A stretch of DNA of 64,000 nucleotides from Candidatus Latescibacterota bacterium (GTDB taxonomy: Bacteria > Latescibacterota > UBA2968): assembly GCA_965116885.1 (NCBI GenBank), contig OZ220741.1, forward strand, positions 2,112,001-2,176,000, written 5' to 3'. The notes beneath the pieces are model-generated. The model was not told the origin of the DNA. It saw nothing but the letters and a program-made list of their open reading frames with translations, and made no database searches. The position numbers and the translations under genes were made by a program. Positions 10,038 through 19,884 of the stretch are shown here, piece after piece (within the stretch, counting starts at the first letter, position 1; every line of letters begins with the position of its first letter).

Positions 10038-12178
10038 AAGCCGACCGCTGATTGCTGGTAGCTTTTTTCCGTGAAGTGTGCCCAGCCTTTCCAGCGGTCA
10101 ATACCTGTCAGGCGCAGGTCAATTTCGTCGCCGACCTCTACGGGATAACCCGGATAGATGACGGTTTTGAAGGGGTGGTCGAGGATCTCAACGAGGACAC
10201 CGCGCATTTTGAGGTAGAGAACAACGGCGCGAAATTCCCGACCGAGTTGGTCTTCCCACGATTGTAACATTAAGTTGCGCGTATGTCGGTGAACCAGATC
10301 GTCAATGAGGTCCAGCGTTTCCCACATGCGGTAGCGCAGGGTGTTGAGGTCGTCAACTGAGTAAAGGGATTGCTCCGTTTTAAGGTAGTGATCGATCTGG
10401 CGTTGCATTGCGAGGTCGGTGTATCGGGTGGTGGGTTGCGTGATGGGACAATAATGCGAAATGCCATAGCCGTGATGTGTTTCTGGCGTTGTATTGAGGC
10501 CGATGTTTGGGGTCTGGCGGTGAAGTTCGTGGCGGCGGACGACGGGGTGGGGGATTTGTATGATGGATTCGATATTTTCAATGGGGTCGCGTATTTCGTA
10601 AATTGCGGGGATGTTTTTATTATTGCACCATCGCCCAACAGCTATGCCAGCGAGCAGGGATAGTTCGCGGGCAATGCGAAATGCGGGATTTGGGGGTGAT
10701 TGTTCCTCAAGGTCGTGTATGGTCGTTTGCCGCTTTTTGTGGAGGCGCGTGGATAATTGCGAGAAGAATTGTATGGCGCGGTGTTGCGGGTGAGCGGGGT
10801 CGTCCAGTGCTCGATCGATGTCTTCAGGTAAAAGGTCAGTTTTGTTTATTGCGGCCGTTTGCGCGATACAAAAATCTTTGAGGTGGCCATCCCGATTTAC
10901 GCGCCAGAAGATGCTGAGTGCTGGATGCGCTTTGTCGCTTTGGAATTGGCCCAGGTCGTGTGCAAACGGTAGCATGGGAATGGGATGATCGGGAAAGGGA
11001 ATGTGCGCCATGCGCTCGGCAGCGTCGCGGTCGATGTGTGAATCTTTGGGGATGAGTGCGCTGATATCTGGAATGTGTACGCCAAATTCTGCGCCCCTAA
11101 AGAGCCGGCGGCGGAATGAGAGGGCGATTTCTGGGTGATCGGGTGGATGTATCACAAAGGCGAGCTGTTTTTCGCGGTTGCCATAAGTGGGCACGAGTGT
11201 TTCTGCCTGGCGGATGACGAGGTCTGAAAATGCAGTTGGAACTTCGGCACGGAGTAAGTCGAAGTTTTGATCGCGTTTCCAGACTTTTTTTTGTATGAGC
11301 AATTCGACTGCAGATTTTTGGCGGTTTTTTTTCGTTTTGCAGATTTCCGCGATCAATGCCTGAGCCTGAGTTGCGTGTTGGGATTCGCTGCCCCATAATG
11401 CGTATTGTCTAATCTGTTCCAGATAGGTTTGTTGGCGTGGGGTTAGCGTGTGTTCTGCAATGGATTCGGCATTATTCGCCATGGCGTGGATAAATTCTTC
11501 GCGTTCTTCATCCCGATCTTTTCTAAGTTTGTCGCGTTGGTAGAGGACATTGACTTGACCAGCCGTATAGGGCGAATACGAGTTGGAGTTGGAAGATTGA
11601 GGCTGAAAATAAGGAGAGGCCTGGTGCAGGTGAAGATAGAGGGCAATCCACTGTGTGGCATCGGTTTCTGTGTTGTAGTAAAGGTCGGCGATTTCTGAAA
11701 GCGGAAGCGGGGTTGCAGATTCAATGGCGATTTCCCAAACGTCTTTGAGATCTATTTCTCGGCTCAAGGTGCGGACGGTCAGTGCATAAGTTTTGAGTGG
11801 TACATCGCGCGATGAGATACCGGTGAGATAAACGAGGTTGGTGTGGTGAAAGCGGAGGCGCCGGCCATCTTCTGATAAAACTGCGATTTCGGAAATTTTG
11901 CGGGGTAAAACAGCCTGGCAAGTTCCCAGGAGCAGGCGTTTTCGAAAGCGAAACAGGACGATTTCATCCTGGACAGGTGTGCCGGATAGTCTGCCTTTTG
12001 TATGGGACGCATCCTGGGAACTCGGTATTCCATCTTCATCCAGACGGCCCGTGTAGCGCTCGTTGGGTTGGTTTTTGTGTTCATTTCGGATGATCAGACC
12101 GTAGATGCGTTTGACCAGGCTGGCGTAGAAGTAGAGATAGCGATTGGAAATTGTGATTTCGCGTTTGGGTTTTTGCAT
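10034..12178 (-). CDS. RNB-domain (RNase II/R-like) protein, catalytic motif degenerate
   Basis: GVHIPDIS, HHGYGISHYCPITQPTTRYTDLAMQRQI, C-terminal S1-like domain; the ID..D.DD motif reads IHPPDHPEIALS; start codon uncertain. Confidence 0.75.
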   Translation of the reverse strand: MQKPKREITISNRYLYFYASLVKRIYGLIIRNEHKNQPNERYTGRLDEDGIPSSQDASHTKGRLSGTPVQDEIVLFRFRKRLLLGTCQAVLPRKISEIAVLSEDGRRLRFHHTNLVYLTGISSRDVPLKTYALTVRTLSREIDLKDVWEIAIESATPLPLSEIADLYYNTETDATQWIALYLHLHQASPYFQPQSSNSNSYSPYTAGQVNVLYQRDKLRKDRDEEREEFIHAMANNAESIAEHTLTPRQQTYLEQIRQYALWGSESQHATQAQALIAEICKTKKNRQKSAVELLIQKKVWKRDQNFDLLRAEVPTAFSDLVIRQAETLVPTYGNREKQLAFVIHPPDHPEIALSFRRRLFRGAEFGVHIPDISALIPKDSHIDRDAAERMAHIPFPDHPIPMLPFAHDLGQFQSDKAHPALSIFWRVNRDGHLKDFCIAQTAAINKTDLLPEDIDRALDDPAHPQHRAIQFFSQLSTRLHKKRQTTIHDLEEQSPPNPAFRIARELSLLAGIAVGRWCNNKNIPAIYEIRDPIENIESIIQIPHPVVRRHELHRQTPNIGLNTTPETHHGYGISHYCPITQPTTRYTDLAMQRQIDHYLKTEQSLYSVDDLNTLRYRMWETLDLIDDLVHRHTRNLMLQSWEDQLGREFRAVVLYLKMRGVLVEILDHPFKTVIYPGYPVEVGDEIDLRLTGIDRWKGWAHFTEKSYQQSAVGF

Positions 12179-12208
12179 GGCTTTGCCTCGTCGCTGTTGC
12201 CCATTAGT

Positions 12209-12238
12209 AAAAAGCCCCGGTGTGTGACCGGGGCTTTT
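12209..12238 (-). terminator. Rho-independent terminator after DUF1501 gene
   Basis: aaaagccccggt...accggggctttt hairpin. Confidence 0.8.
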
Positions 12239-12262
12239 ACAGTTTCAGACGATGCCGGATGC

Positions 12263-13687
12263 TTAACGGTTTCGGTAGGCATCGACAAATCTCAGGAAAT
12301 CGCCAAATCCAACGTTGCCATCGCCGTCTAAATCGAATTTGGCTTCGTTGCTGCCGTAGGCCTTGGCAAATTGGAGAAAGTCGTTGAAGTCGAGTTTGCC
12401 GTCGGCATTAAAGTCAAATTTGGCGAGATCGATGGGTGGCGGTCTGAGAATGGGTATGTGTGACGTATTGGATGAAAAGATGTTCGAGACAACATCTTGT
12501 GATACGTCAAACCAATCGTTGAGTACCGAGGCATAGACATGGCGAAAGTCGTGATCGTAGTAAAAGTCACCACGCCTGTCAACTTGTTCAAAGTTGGGGG
12601 CTGGACCCGCAATGCCCGCATTGACCGATGGGCCAAAGAAGAACATGGGCGCTGATGTGCCGTGATCGGTGCCTGCGCTGCCGTTTTCTTTTGTTCGACG
12701 ACCAAATTCCGAAATGCTCATGCCGAGTACGCGGTCTTGTAACTGGTGTTGCCGCAGGTCTTGAACAAAAGACGTGACTGCTTCGTTGAGATATCCCATC
12801 AAGGTGTTGTGGCGGTTGAGCTGATTGGAGTGTGTGTCGTATCCGCCCTGTGAGACCAGATACACTTTGGATTGTAAGCCGCCAGCGATCAGCCGCGCGA
12901 CCAGACTGAGCTGGTTGGCGAGCGAATTACCAGAGGGATATTCAACTCTGTTCGCGCCTTTATTTGCGGCATCTCGGACTTGTGAGGAATATTGCAGGGA
13001 TTCAAAGTTGATGCGGCGGATAAAGTCGAGTTCATATCCAGCCGGTGAGGGGATTTTACCGTCTTCGATAATTTTGTTGCCCTGCTCCACGAGATTGACA
13101 AATTGCCTGGGGTTGCGCAGGGCGATGCCCATGGCACCGTTTTTACCCAATAGGGCAAGAGAAAGTACGGGGCCGATGTCAACTGCGAGAGGTTGTTCTG
13201 GCAGGGTGTCTGGGAAGCCCGGAGTCTGGGATTCAAAATAGCGCCCCAGCCAACCGTGGTTCAAAAATTCGTTGGAATTTGATGCGGTCAACCAGATGTC
13301 GGTTGAACGGAAGTGCGATCGGTTGGGGTTGGGATATCCCACTCCCTGCATGACCATCAACTGACCTTCGTCGTAGAGTTCTTTGAATCCGGTGAGTTGG
13401 GGGTGCAGGCCCTGTGTTGGGGTGAGTCTGAGGGCTTCTTCTTTTGTGATGTGGATTTTGGGACGCGCCTGGTAATAGGCGTCGTTTTCAAAATTGACCA
13501 GGGTGTTGAGGCCGTCGTTACCGCCATTGAGGCGAATGATAACGAGCACGCGGTCGGTCTCGCTGAGGGCTGTTGCAGCCAGGGGGCCAATAGCTTCGGC
13601 GCGCCCATAAGCCCGCGTCATAAAACCGCCCAGCGCAAACCCGGCACCACCGCGGGTCGCATTTTTCATAAAGTCGCGTCTGTTCAT
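12263..13687 (-). CDS. DUF1501-family Tat-exported protein with C-terminal EF-hand/dockerin-like domain
   Basis: MNRRDFMK Tat signal; GGNDGLN, NRSHFRS, GGYDTH, SEFGR, GTDHG motifs. Confidence 0.9.
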   Translation of the reverse strand: MNRRDFMKNATRGGAGFALGGFMTRAYGRAEAIGPLAATALSETDRVLVIIRLNGGNDGLNTLVNFENDAYYQARPKIHITKEEALRLTPTQGLHPQLTGFKELYDEGQLMVMQGVGYPNPNRSHFRSTDIWLTASNSNEFLNHGWLGRYFESQTPGFPDTLPEQPLAVDIGPVLSLALLGKNGAMGIALRNPRQFVNLVEQGNKIIEDGKIPSPAGYELDFIRRINFESLQYSSQVRDAANKGANRVEYPSGNSLANQLSLVARLIAGGLQSKVYLVSQGGYDTHSNQLNRHNTLMGYLNEAVTSFVQDLRQHQLQDRVLGMSISEFGRRTKENGSAGTDHGTSAPMFFFGPSVNAGIAGPAPNFEQVDRRGDFYYDHDFRHVYASVLNDWFDVSQDVVSNIFSSNTSHIPILRPPPIDLAKFDFNADGKLDFNDFLQFAKAYGSNEAKFDLDGDGNVGFGDFLRFVDAYRNR

Positions 13688-13708
13688 AACGAGCTCCTTG
13701 CCTCAAGT

Positions 13709-15181
13709 CTAATTCAGTTGATAGTCGGGCAATTCAAAGATGAGTTTGAGAATATTTTTGATGCGTCGAGGTGCTGCAACAGCGTCGGGATTCCAGTCAT
13801 AGACATCGGCGCCTTCGAGTAGCGTTTCCAAAAACATTTCGCGGCGATAATCGTCAACTGGAAAGGCGGTCAGGCATTCTCCCATGGCGCGAACGAGTTT
13901 TTCCGCGTCGTAGGGATCGGGAAATGCCTTGACGAATCCCACAGTGTCCGGGTTGAGGATGGTGTAACGGTTGGGATTGCGCGGTTTGGCATCGACAATC
14001 TCGTCGGTCATTTTGTGGCGTTCGGGCAATGTTGACGTGCTGATCCACAGCCGATACCCCGGCCACCCGGCGACATTGGGCGGATCGAGCAGTTTCTGAC
14101 CGAGCACCTGGGCGATGTAAACGAGGTATTGGGAACTGATGCTTCTGCCTGCGCCAGCTTTGAAACCGAGACTGCGCGCTGTGCCAGCGACGAGTTCGAC
14201 GGGATTCTTGATTTTGGCGCCGATGGTGGCTGGGTCGAAAAAGTGCTGGCTCAAGAGCAATGTCTTCAGCACGGGTTTGATTTCGTAATCGTTGTCGCGC
14301 ATGATTTGCGCGAGTTCCGAGACGACGTTTTTGTCTGGATGCTCATAGACAAATTCGCGATAGAGTTTGCCGCATATAAATTCGGCTGTGATTTCTTGTT
14401 GGAAGATGATGTCGATAATGTCTTGTTCATTGAAGTTGCCGGTTTGCCCCAGGAATGTCTTCTGGCCTTTGTCGAATCGATTTTCTCTAAAAGTGGGTTG
14501 TTTGCCTACGACAATCCACCCCGTGAGCGCTCGGGCCGCTTCTCCGATGTCGTGTTCTGTGTAGCCACCACCTTCGCCCATGGTGAACAGTTCCATGAGT
14601 TCTCGGGCGTAGTTTTCATTGGGTCTGCCCACTCTGTTGGAGTTGCTGTCGAGATAGTAGATCATGGCCGGATCGCGCGTGACACCCTCAACTATTGTTT
14701 TAAAATTGCCGACGGCGTGTTTGCGGAACAGGAAATTTTGAAGATACACCCACTGTGGGCGTCTGACATCTTTGGCCTGGGTGGCAAAGTGATCGTGCCA
14801 GAAGAGCACCATGCGCTCTTGAATTGAGAACCCCTGATTGACGATGAGTTCCATCCACCAGGCGCGGGTCTGGTCAACGCGCGCACGCTCAATTTTGCGC
14901 TGGTCTTGATTGGGTTTTTGAAATGGGTCTTCGTTGACCCAATTATCGGGTGGATTGGGTGGCAAAAAAGGTATTTCCAGAAGGCGATCTACAACGGCTT
15001 CTGGCGTGCTTTGCACGGCTTCTGCAATTTCTCTTGGCGTTGGGCCAATGAGGGTGCGCCGCAAGAGGTGTGCCGCCCGGTGCTCATTCCACGGCTGTTC
15101 TGCCGAGGGGATATAAGGTTCGAGTCCCGTGGATGCATACGCAAGTTTGGGCGCAACAGGAAAATGTTTGCGGTTGGACAC
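13709..15181 (-). CDS. DUF1800-family protein
   Basis: AAHLLRR, ERMVLFWHDHFAT, NENYARELMELFTMG, PPNVAGW; adjacent to DUF1501. Confidence 0.92.
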   Translation of the reverse strand: MSNRKHFPVAPKLAYASTGLEPYIPSAEQPWNEHRAAHLLRRTLIGPTPREIAEAVQSTPEAVVDRLLEIPFLPPNPPDNWVNEDPFQKPNQDQRKIERARVDQTRAWWMELIVNQGFSIQERMVLFWHDHFATQAKDVRRPQWVYLQNFLFRKHAVGNFKTIVEGVTRDPAMIYYLDSNSNRVGRPNENYARELMELFTMGEGGGYTEHDIGEAARALTGWIVVGKQPTFRENRFDKGQKTFLGQTGNFNEQDIIDIIFQQEITAEFICGKLYREFVYEHPDKNVVSELAQIMRDNDYEIKPVLKTLLLSQHFFDPATIGAKIKNPVELVAGTARSLGFKAGAGRSISSQYLVYIAQVLGQKLLDPPNVAGWPGYRLWISTSTLPERHKMTDEIVDAKPRNPNRYTILNPDTVGFVKAFPDPYDAEKLVRAMGECLTAFPVDDYRREMFLETLLEGADVYDWNPDAVAAPRRIKNILKLIFELPDYQLN

Positions 15182-15297
15182 GAATGCTCCTCCTCTTGAT
15201 CTAAAATGCTGGTGATTTGGTTCTAATCATTAAGCACATGTATAAAATGATAAATTTTTGTTATTAGTGCAAGTTAATATTTGTAAATACCAAAGCC

Positions 15298-15615
15298 TCA
15301 AGGGGCATATTTTGTGAGCGAATCGAGCAATGCGCGTTGCGCCACCAAATTTTTTTCCGATGCCGCGACAATGGTTTCCTGGATTTTGATGCGGGTGTGT
15401 TCTATTTTTTTTGCCTGTTCTTCTGGAATGCCCAGGGCGATATTGCGCTGAATTTCGCTTTGCAGGCTGTCGCGCAGGGTTTGCAGGCGGATGCGTTCTT
15501 CGCGCAGTGCTTCTCGGGCTTTTGAGACCTTCATTTTTTGACTTTCGAGTACGGGATTGGTTCCCGAACACGCAAAAATCAGAATAAGGAAAAAAAATAA
15601 GAGAAAGCGGGGCAT
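15298..15615 (-). CDS. Small coiled-coil lipoprotein, hypothetical
   Basis: LIFAC lipobox, heptad-rich body; starts immediately after the RSH gene stop. Confidence 0.65.
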   Translation of the reverse strand: MPRFLLFFFLILIFACSGTNPVLESQKMKVSKAREALREERIRLQTLRDSLQSEIQRNIALGIPEEQAKKIEHTRIKIQETIVAASEKNLVAQRALLDSLTKYAP

Positions 15616-15616
15616 A

Positions 15617-17038
15617 TTATTTTTGACTATTGAGATAGTGCTGGATGTGGCGGCGAGCGCGATAGGTTTTTACGCGGCTGACCCAACTCTTTTTGGGATG
15701 TTGGTTTGGATCGATGTCAATTTCAACGGTGTCGCCCCAGGCGAGTTTGGAGAACGGATAAGCCCGCACGCCGTTGATACGACCTCCTTTGCATTGCAAG
15801 CCGAGGTCGGTATGTACGGCAAAGGCAAAATCTGCAAGGGTCGCATCTTCGGGTAAAATAAAGGGATCACCTCTGGGTGTGAGTGTGACTATTTCTCGGG
15901 TAAAGAGAATGCGTTGGAGTTCGGACATCAGGTGATGGGAGGCATCGGCGCGGTCGTACCAATCGACAAAATCGTGCAACCAGCGCGTGCGGCGCTCTTC
16001 GTGCTCTGCATCTCCGCGCAATGCAGCAATGCCAAATTCGCCCAGGCGATGCATTGCGGGGGTTTGAATGTGGAGTTCGTAGCGTTGGTCTCTGTGGTGG
16101 ACACAGGTATGCAGAGCCTGGTAACCATTGCGTTTGGGCAGGGCAATAAAATCTTTGAAACGCTCCATTACAGGCAGGAATTGCTCGTGTAAAATTCCCA
16201 AAGCCGAATAACACAATCGGCGACGCGAGACAATGACTTCGATTGCGTAGCGATCCTGAATTTGACTGAGGGGGCGATGTTGCATTTTGCGGTAAATACT
16301 GCTCAAACTCTTCTCTTGCACGCGCACACTTGTCCGCACGCCGTTGGCATTGAGCAGGTTGCGAATTGTGTTCTGGAATGTTACGAGGTGCTCGGTCGGT
16401 TCTGTTCTAAATGTCGTCTGTATCTGATTTGTAATGCGCGGTTCAAGACAGAAAAGACTGCGGTCTTCAAGCTCTCGGCGGATGCGGGCCATGCCCAACA
16501 AGTGCGATAGGGGTGCGTATATATCAATGGTCTCTTGCGCAATGCGTTGCCGCCTGTCGAGTTCTGCAATGCCATCGAGGCTGCGCATGTTATACATGCG
16601 GTCAGCCAATTTGAGAATGAGGACGCGCGGGTCTCGGCTGGCATGGGTGAACAGATGTTGTAAGGTGGCAATGCGCCGCGCAGTGCGTCCAGCTTTTAAT
16701 CCTTCAACTTTTGTAACGCCGCTGACGAGGGTGGCAATATTTTTCCCAAAGGTGGGTTCAATATCGCCAAGGGTCAGGGCAGAGTCTTCAACAGCGTCGT
16801 GTAATAGTGCCGCCGCCATCATTTCCGCGTCGCGTGCAAAGCCCAATTCAGAAGCCAGAATGAGGGCCACGCCAATGGGATGGGTGATATACGGTTGCCC
16901 GGCGTCACGGTCCTGGCCTTCGTGGCTGGCATTGGCGAAGTGATAGGCATGCCCGACGAGCGGATGATTGCGCTGAGGAATTTTTACCAGTAATTCCCGA
17001 AGGGGTTCGCGTATGGCAATTTGGTATTTGGTATTCAC
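15617..17038 (-). CDS. RelA/SpoT homologue (HD + degenerate synthetase + TGS; no ZFD/ACT)
   Basis: PYITHP, ALLHDAVED, KLADRMYNMRSL, NGYQALHT, DFAFAVHTDLG; GTG start overlaps the dinG stop. Confidence 0.88.
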   Translation of the reverse strand: MNTKYQIAIREPLRELLVKIPQRNHPLVGHAYHFANASHEGQDRDAGQPYITHPIGVALILASELGFARDAEMMAAALLHDAVEDSALTLGDIEPTFGKNIATLVSGVTKVEGLKAGRTARRIATLQHLFTHASRDPRVLILKLADRMYNMRSLDGIAELDRRQRIAQETIDIYAPLSHLLGMARIRRELEDRSLFCLEPRITNQIQTTFRTEPTEHLVTFQNTIRNLLNANGVRTSVRVQEKSLSSIYRKMQHRPLSQIQDRYAIEVIVSRRRLCYSALGILHEQFLPVMERFKDFIALPKRNGYQALHTCVHHRDQRYELHIQTPAMHRLGEFGIAALRGDAEHEERRTRWLHDFVDWYDRADASHHLMSELQRILFTREIVTLTPRGDPFILPEDATLADFAFAVHTDLGLQCKGGRINGVRAYPFSKLAWGDTVEIDIDPNQHPKKSWVSRVKTYRARRHIQHYLNSQK

Positions 17039-19884
17039 GCCGCGCTCACTTTGTCGAACCAGCTTTTGATGGTTTGCAATAAATGGTCCGGTGCCCGAAA
17101 CGCCCGATGTTGAACTGGGAGTGCTTCGAGAAAGGCCCGCCCGTAAAAGGTGGATAAAACCCGACTGTCGAAGACGATGACAATACCTCTGTCGGATTTG
17201 TTGCGTATCAGGCGGCCAAAACCCTGGCGGAATTTGAGAATGGCTTCGGGGACAGAATAGTATAAAAATGGATTTTTGCCCTGTTTTTCGAGCTCTTCCA
17301 TGTGCGCTGCAATAAGGGGTTCAGATGGCACGGCAAAAGGCAGGCGAATAATGCCCAGTATTTCGAGGGCTTCGCCGGGGATATCTACCCCTTCCCAGAA
17401 ACTGTCGGTGCCAAGCAACATTGCGCGTCGGTGGGTCTTAAAGCGATCGGTAATGCTGCCGCGCGCACCGTCTATCCCCTGTCCCAGGAGTAAGATGCCA
17501 TCGGACGATAGATCGTTTTTGAGTGCGTCATAAGATTGGTTGAGCATGCTGTAAGACGTAAATAATGCCAGCGTGCCCCGTCCGATTTCGCGTGCGAGAT
17601 GGCGTAATAAATCGTCAACGGCGCGTTGAAAATGAGGAGATTTGGGCGATGGCATAAATTGAGGTACGCAAACGAGGGCTTGTAAATCGTAGTCAAAGGG
17701 CGAACCCAGACAACTCGTTTGCACGCGCTCATCGGGCATGGTATCGAGCCCCATGCGCTGAAGAAAGTAGATGAGTTTGCCGCGAATGCCCAGAGTAGCC
17801 GATGTGAAGACGATGGTGCGCATTTTGTCGTAGAGTGCGTCGCGCAATACATCGGCGACATGCAAGGGCGCGGAAAACAGGCGCGTGTCACTGCTGTTTT
17901 CTCGGGTTGGCAATTCAAACCAGTAAACACATTGTTTGTCTTCGGGATGGGTCAAGTGATTGAGGGTTGCGAGCAGGTCGCTGCATTCTTGTGCGCGTCC
18001 GTCGAGTTCACTGACGAGTTCGTCCTGGTTGGGAAAGGTGTCGTCGGGCAAGTCTTTGAGCCAATCGCACAGATTTTTTAAGCTGTTATTGAGTTCTGAG
18101 CCCGCTTCGGCAAATTCTTCAAGGCTTTCGCCAACCGCATCAAACGTGTTTTCACCCGGTCGATAGCGCTCTTTTGGCGTATAGTTAAATTTGCGGCTGC
18201 CCTGTTTGCCGTACAAAAATTCCGTGAGGTCTTGAAAAAAGGTCTGCGCTTTGAGATAGATGTCTTCGGCGGCGTTTACGGCCCGTCCAATGCCTTTGTC
18301 AAAGGTGGCGAAGATATTGTCTTTGAGATCGGCTACACCGATCCAGTGGCGCAATGCAGGCAGGGTGCCTGTGCTTTGAAAGCCCGGACTGCGCAGTTGA
18401 TCAGAAAAATTTTTGATGTGCCATATATTGAGTTCGCGTCCCAAATATTGTGCGGCAATTTTTTCGATGTTGTGGGCTTCGTCCAGGATGAGGTCTTCGT
18501 ATTCGCCCAGCACGGCATTTTCCGAGACGATGTCGGAAAAGAGCAGGGAGTGATTGACAACCACGATATGTGCTTTTTGGGCAGAGCGGCGCACGGTGTT
18601 GGCAAAACACTGCCCGTTGGTGCGGCACTTTTGCGATCGGCAATATCCCGAGTCGGAACACACTTTTGCCCACAGGCCAGCATGGCGACGCATATCAAAG
18701 CCATTGTTTTCCGAAATGTCGCCCGTTTGCGTTTGCTCTGCCCATATAACGAGAGATAAAGCTCCTTCGCGCTCGTCTTCGGTAAAGAAGGTATCGATAT
18801 TGGCGAGTGCTGCGTGCCACCGATTGAGGCATATATAGTTGCTGCGACCTTTGAGCAGGACATAGTTGAAGGGTACATTCAGGGCGCGTTCGAGGTGGGG
18901 CAGGTCTTTGAAGAACAATTGTTCCTGAAGATTTTTGGTATTGGTGGAAACAATAATGCGGCGGCCATTTTGTGCGGCGTGGTGAATGGCCGGGGTGAGA
19001 TAGGCCATGGATTTGCCCACGCCTGTGCCCGCTTCGGCGACGAGAAGATGGTTGTTGTTGAAGGCGTTGGCAATGGCGCGCACCATTTCGATCTGTTCGG
19101 CGCGCACTTCATATCCTTCGGTTTGGCGGTCAAAGGTGCCACCGGATTCAAACAAGGTGCAGAGCATGTCGATGTCGAGAGGCGCGTGGTCCTCTGTTTC
19201 CGTTCGGGTTTCTTCGCCGCCCACGTTGGATAGGGGGAGGCCATCTGCCCCGCCACCGCGAATGCGGTTCATAAATTCGCTTTTGACCGCTTCATTACCC
19301 AGATCGACAAAGATGTTGAGCAGGGGGCTATTTGTGCCTTGCAAAAGCCGCAGTATGTTTTGTTTGTTTTGCAATGAGGTTTCGCGCAAGACCTCGACGA
19401 CGCTCGAGTATATGCCCGCGAGTTGCTCGGCATCGCCAAGTGCTTTGTGCGCTGATTGGGATTCGACTTCAAAATAGTCTGCAAGTGTGTTCGCCCGATG
19501 ATCGGATAAACTGGGCAAGGCAATCCGGGCGAGGTCGCGCACGCTGTGTATGTTGTTGCCAAAGGGCAGGCCAGAGGCTTCAGATAAAAAGCGAGTTTCA
19601 AATTGACCCTGGTGTACGATGAGAGGCTGGTCGCCTGCAAATGTCATAAAGTTTTCGATTGCTGCGTTGATGCGGGGGGCGTTTTTCAGGTCTTTGAATG
19701 CTATACCCGTCAGGCGCGTTGTTTCTGCGGGCACACCCATTTTCGGACGCACATAAGTCTGAAAGCGGTCGGCAATTTCGCCATCTTTGACTTTGACAGC
19801 ACCGATTTCGATTATTTCGGCTTCTTTCGGGTTCAGACCCGTGGTTTCGAGGTCGAGGGTTATGAAGGTGTGGAGGGTGGACAT
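17035..19884 (-). CDS. dinG: DinG-family helicase with N-terminal DEDDh exonuclease domain
   Basis: LDLETTG, HKALGDA; EAGTGVGKS, DEAH, TSATL, FWEGVD, QGFGRLIR; Cys cluster consistent with Fe-S. Confidence 0.9.
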   Translation of the reverse strand: MSTLHTFITLDLETTGLNPKEAEIIEIGAVKVKDGEIADRFQTYVRPKMGVPAETTRLTGIAFKDLKNAPRINAAIENFMTFAGDQPLIVHQGQFETRFLSEASGLPFGNNIHSVRDLARIALPSLSDHRANTLADYFEVESQSAHKALGDAEQLAGIYSSVVEVLRETSLQNKQNILRLLQGTNSPLLNIFVDLGNEAVKSEFMNRIRGGGADGLPLSNVGGEETRTETEDHAPLDIDMLCTLFESGGTFDRQTEGYEVRAEQIEMVRAIANAFNNNHLLVAEAGTGVGKSMAYLTPAIHHAAQNGRRIIVSTNTKNLQEQLFFKDLPHLERALNVPFNYVLLKGRSNYICLNRWHAALANIDTFFTEDEREGALSLVIWAEQTQTGDISENNGFDMRRHAGLWAKVCSDSGYCRSQKCRTNGQCFANTVRRSAQKAHIVVVNHSLLFSDIVSENAVLGEYEDLILDEAHNIEKIAAQYLGRELNIWHIKNFSDQLRSPGFQSTGTLPALRHWIGVADLKDNIFATFDKGIGRAVNAAEDIYLKAQTFFQDLTEFLYGKQGSRKFNYTPKERYRPGENTFDAVGESLEEFAEAGSELNNSLKNLCDWLKDLPDDTFPNQDELVSELDGRAQECSDLLATLNHLTHPEDKQCVYWFELPTRENSSDTRLFSAPLHVADVLRDALYDKMRTIVFTSATLGIRGKLIYFLQRMGLDTMPDERVQTSCLGSPFDYDLQALVCVPQFMPSPKSPHFQRAVDDLLRHLAREIGRGTLALFTSYSMLNQSYDALKNDLSSDGILLLGQGIDGARGSITDRFKTHRRAMLLGTDSFWEGVDIPGEALEILGIIRLPFAVPSEPLIAAHMEELEKQGKNPFLYYSVPEAILKFRQGFGRLIRNKSDRGIVIVFDSRVLSTFYGRAFLEALPVQHRAFRAPDHLLQTIKSWFDKVSAA

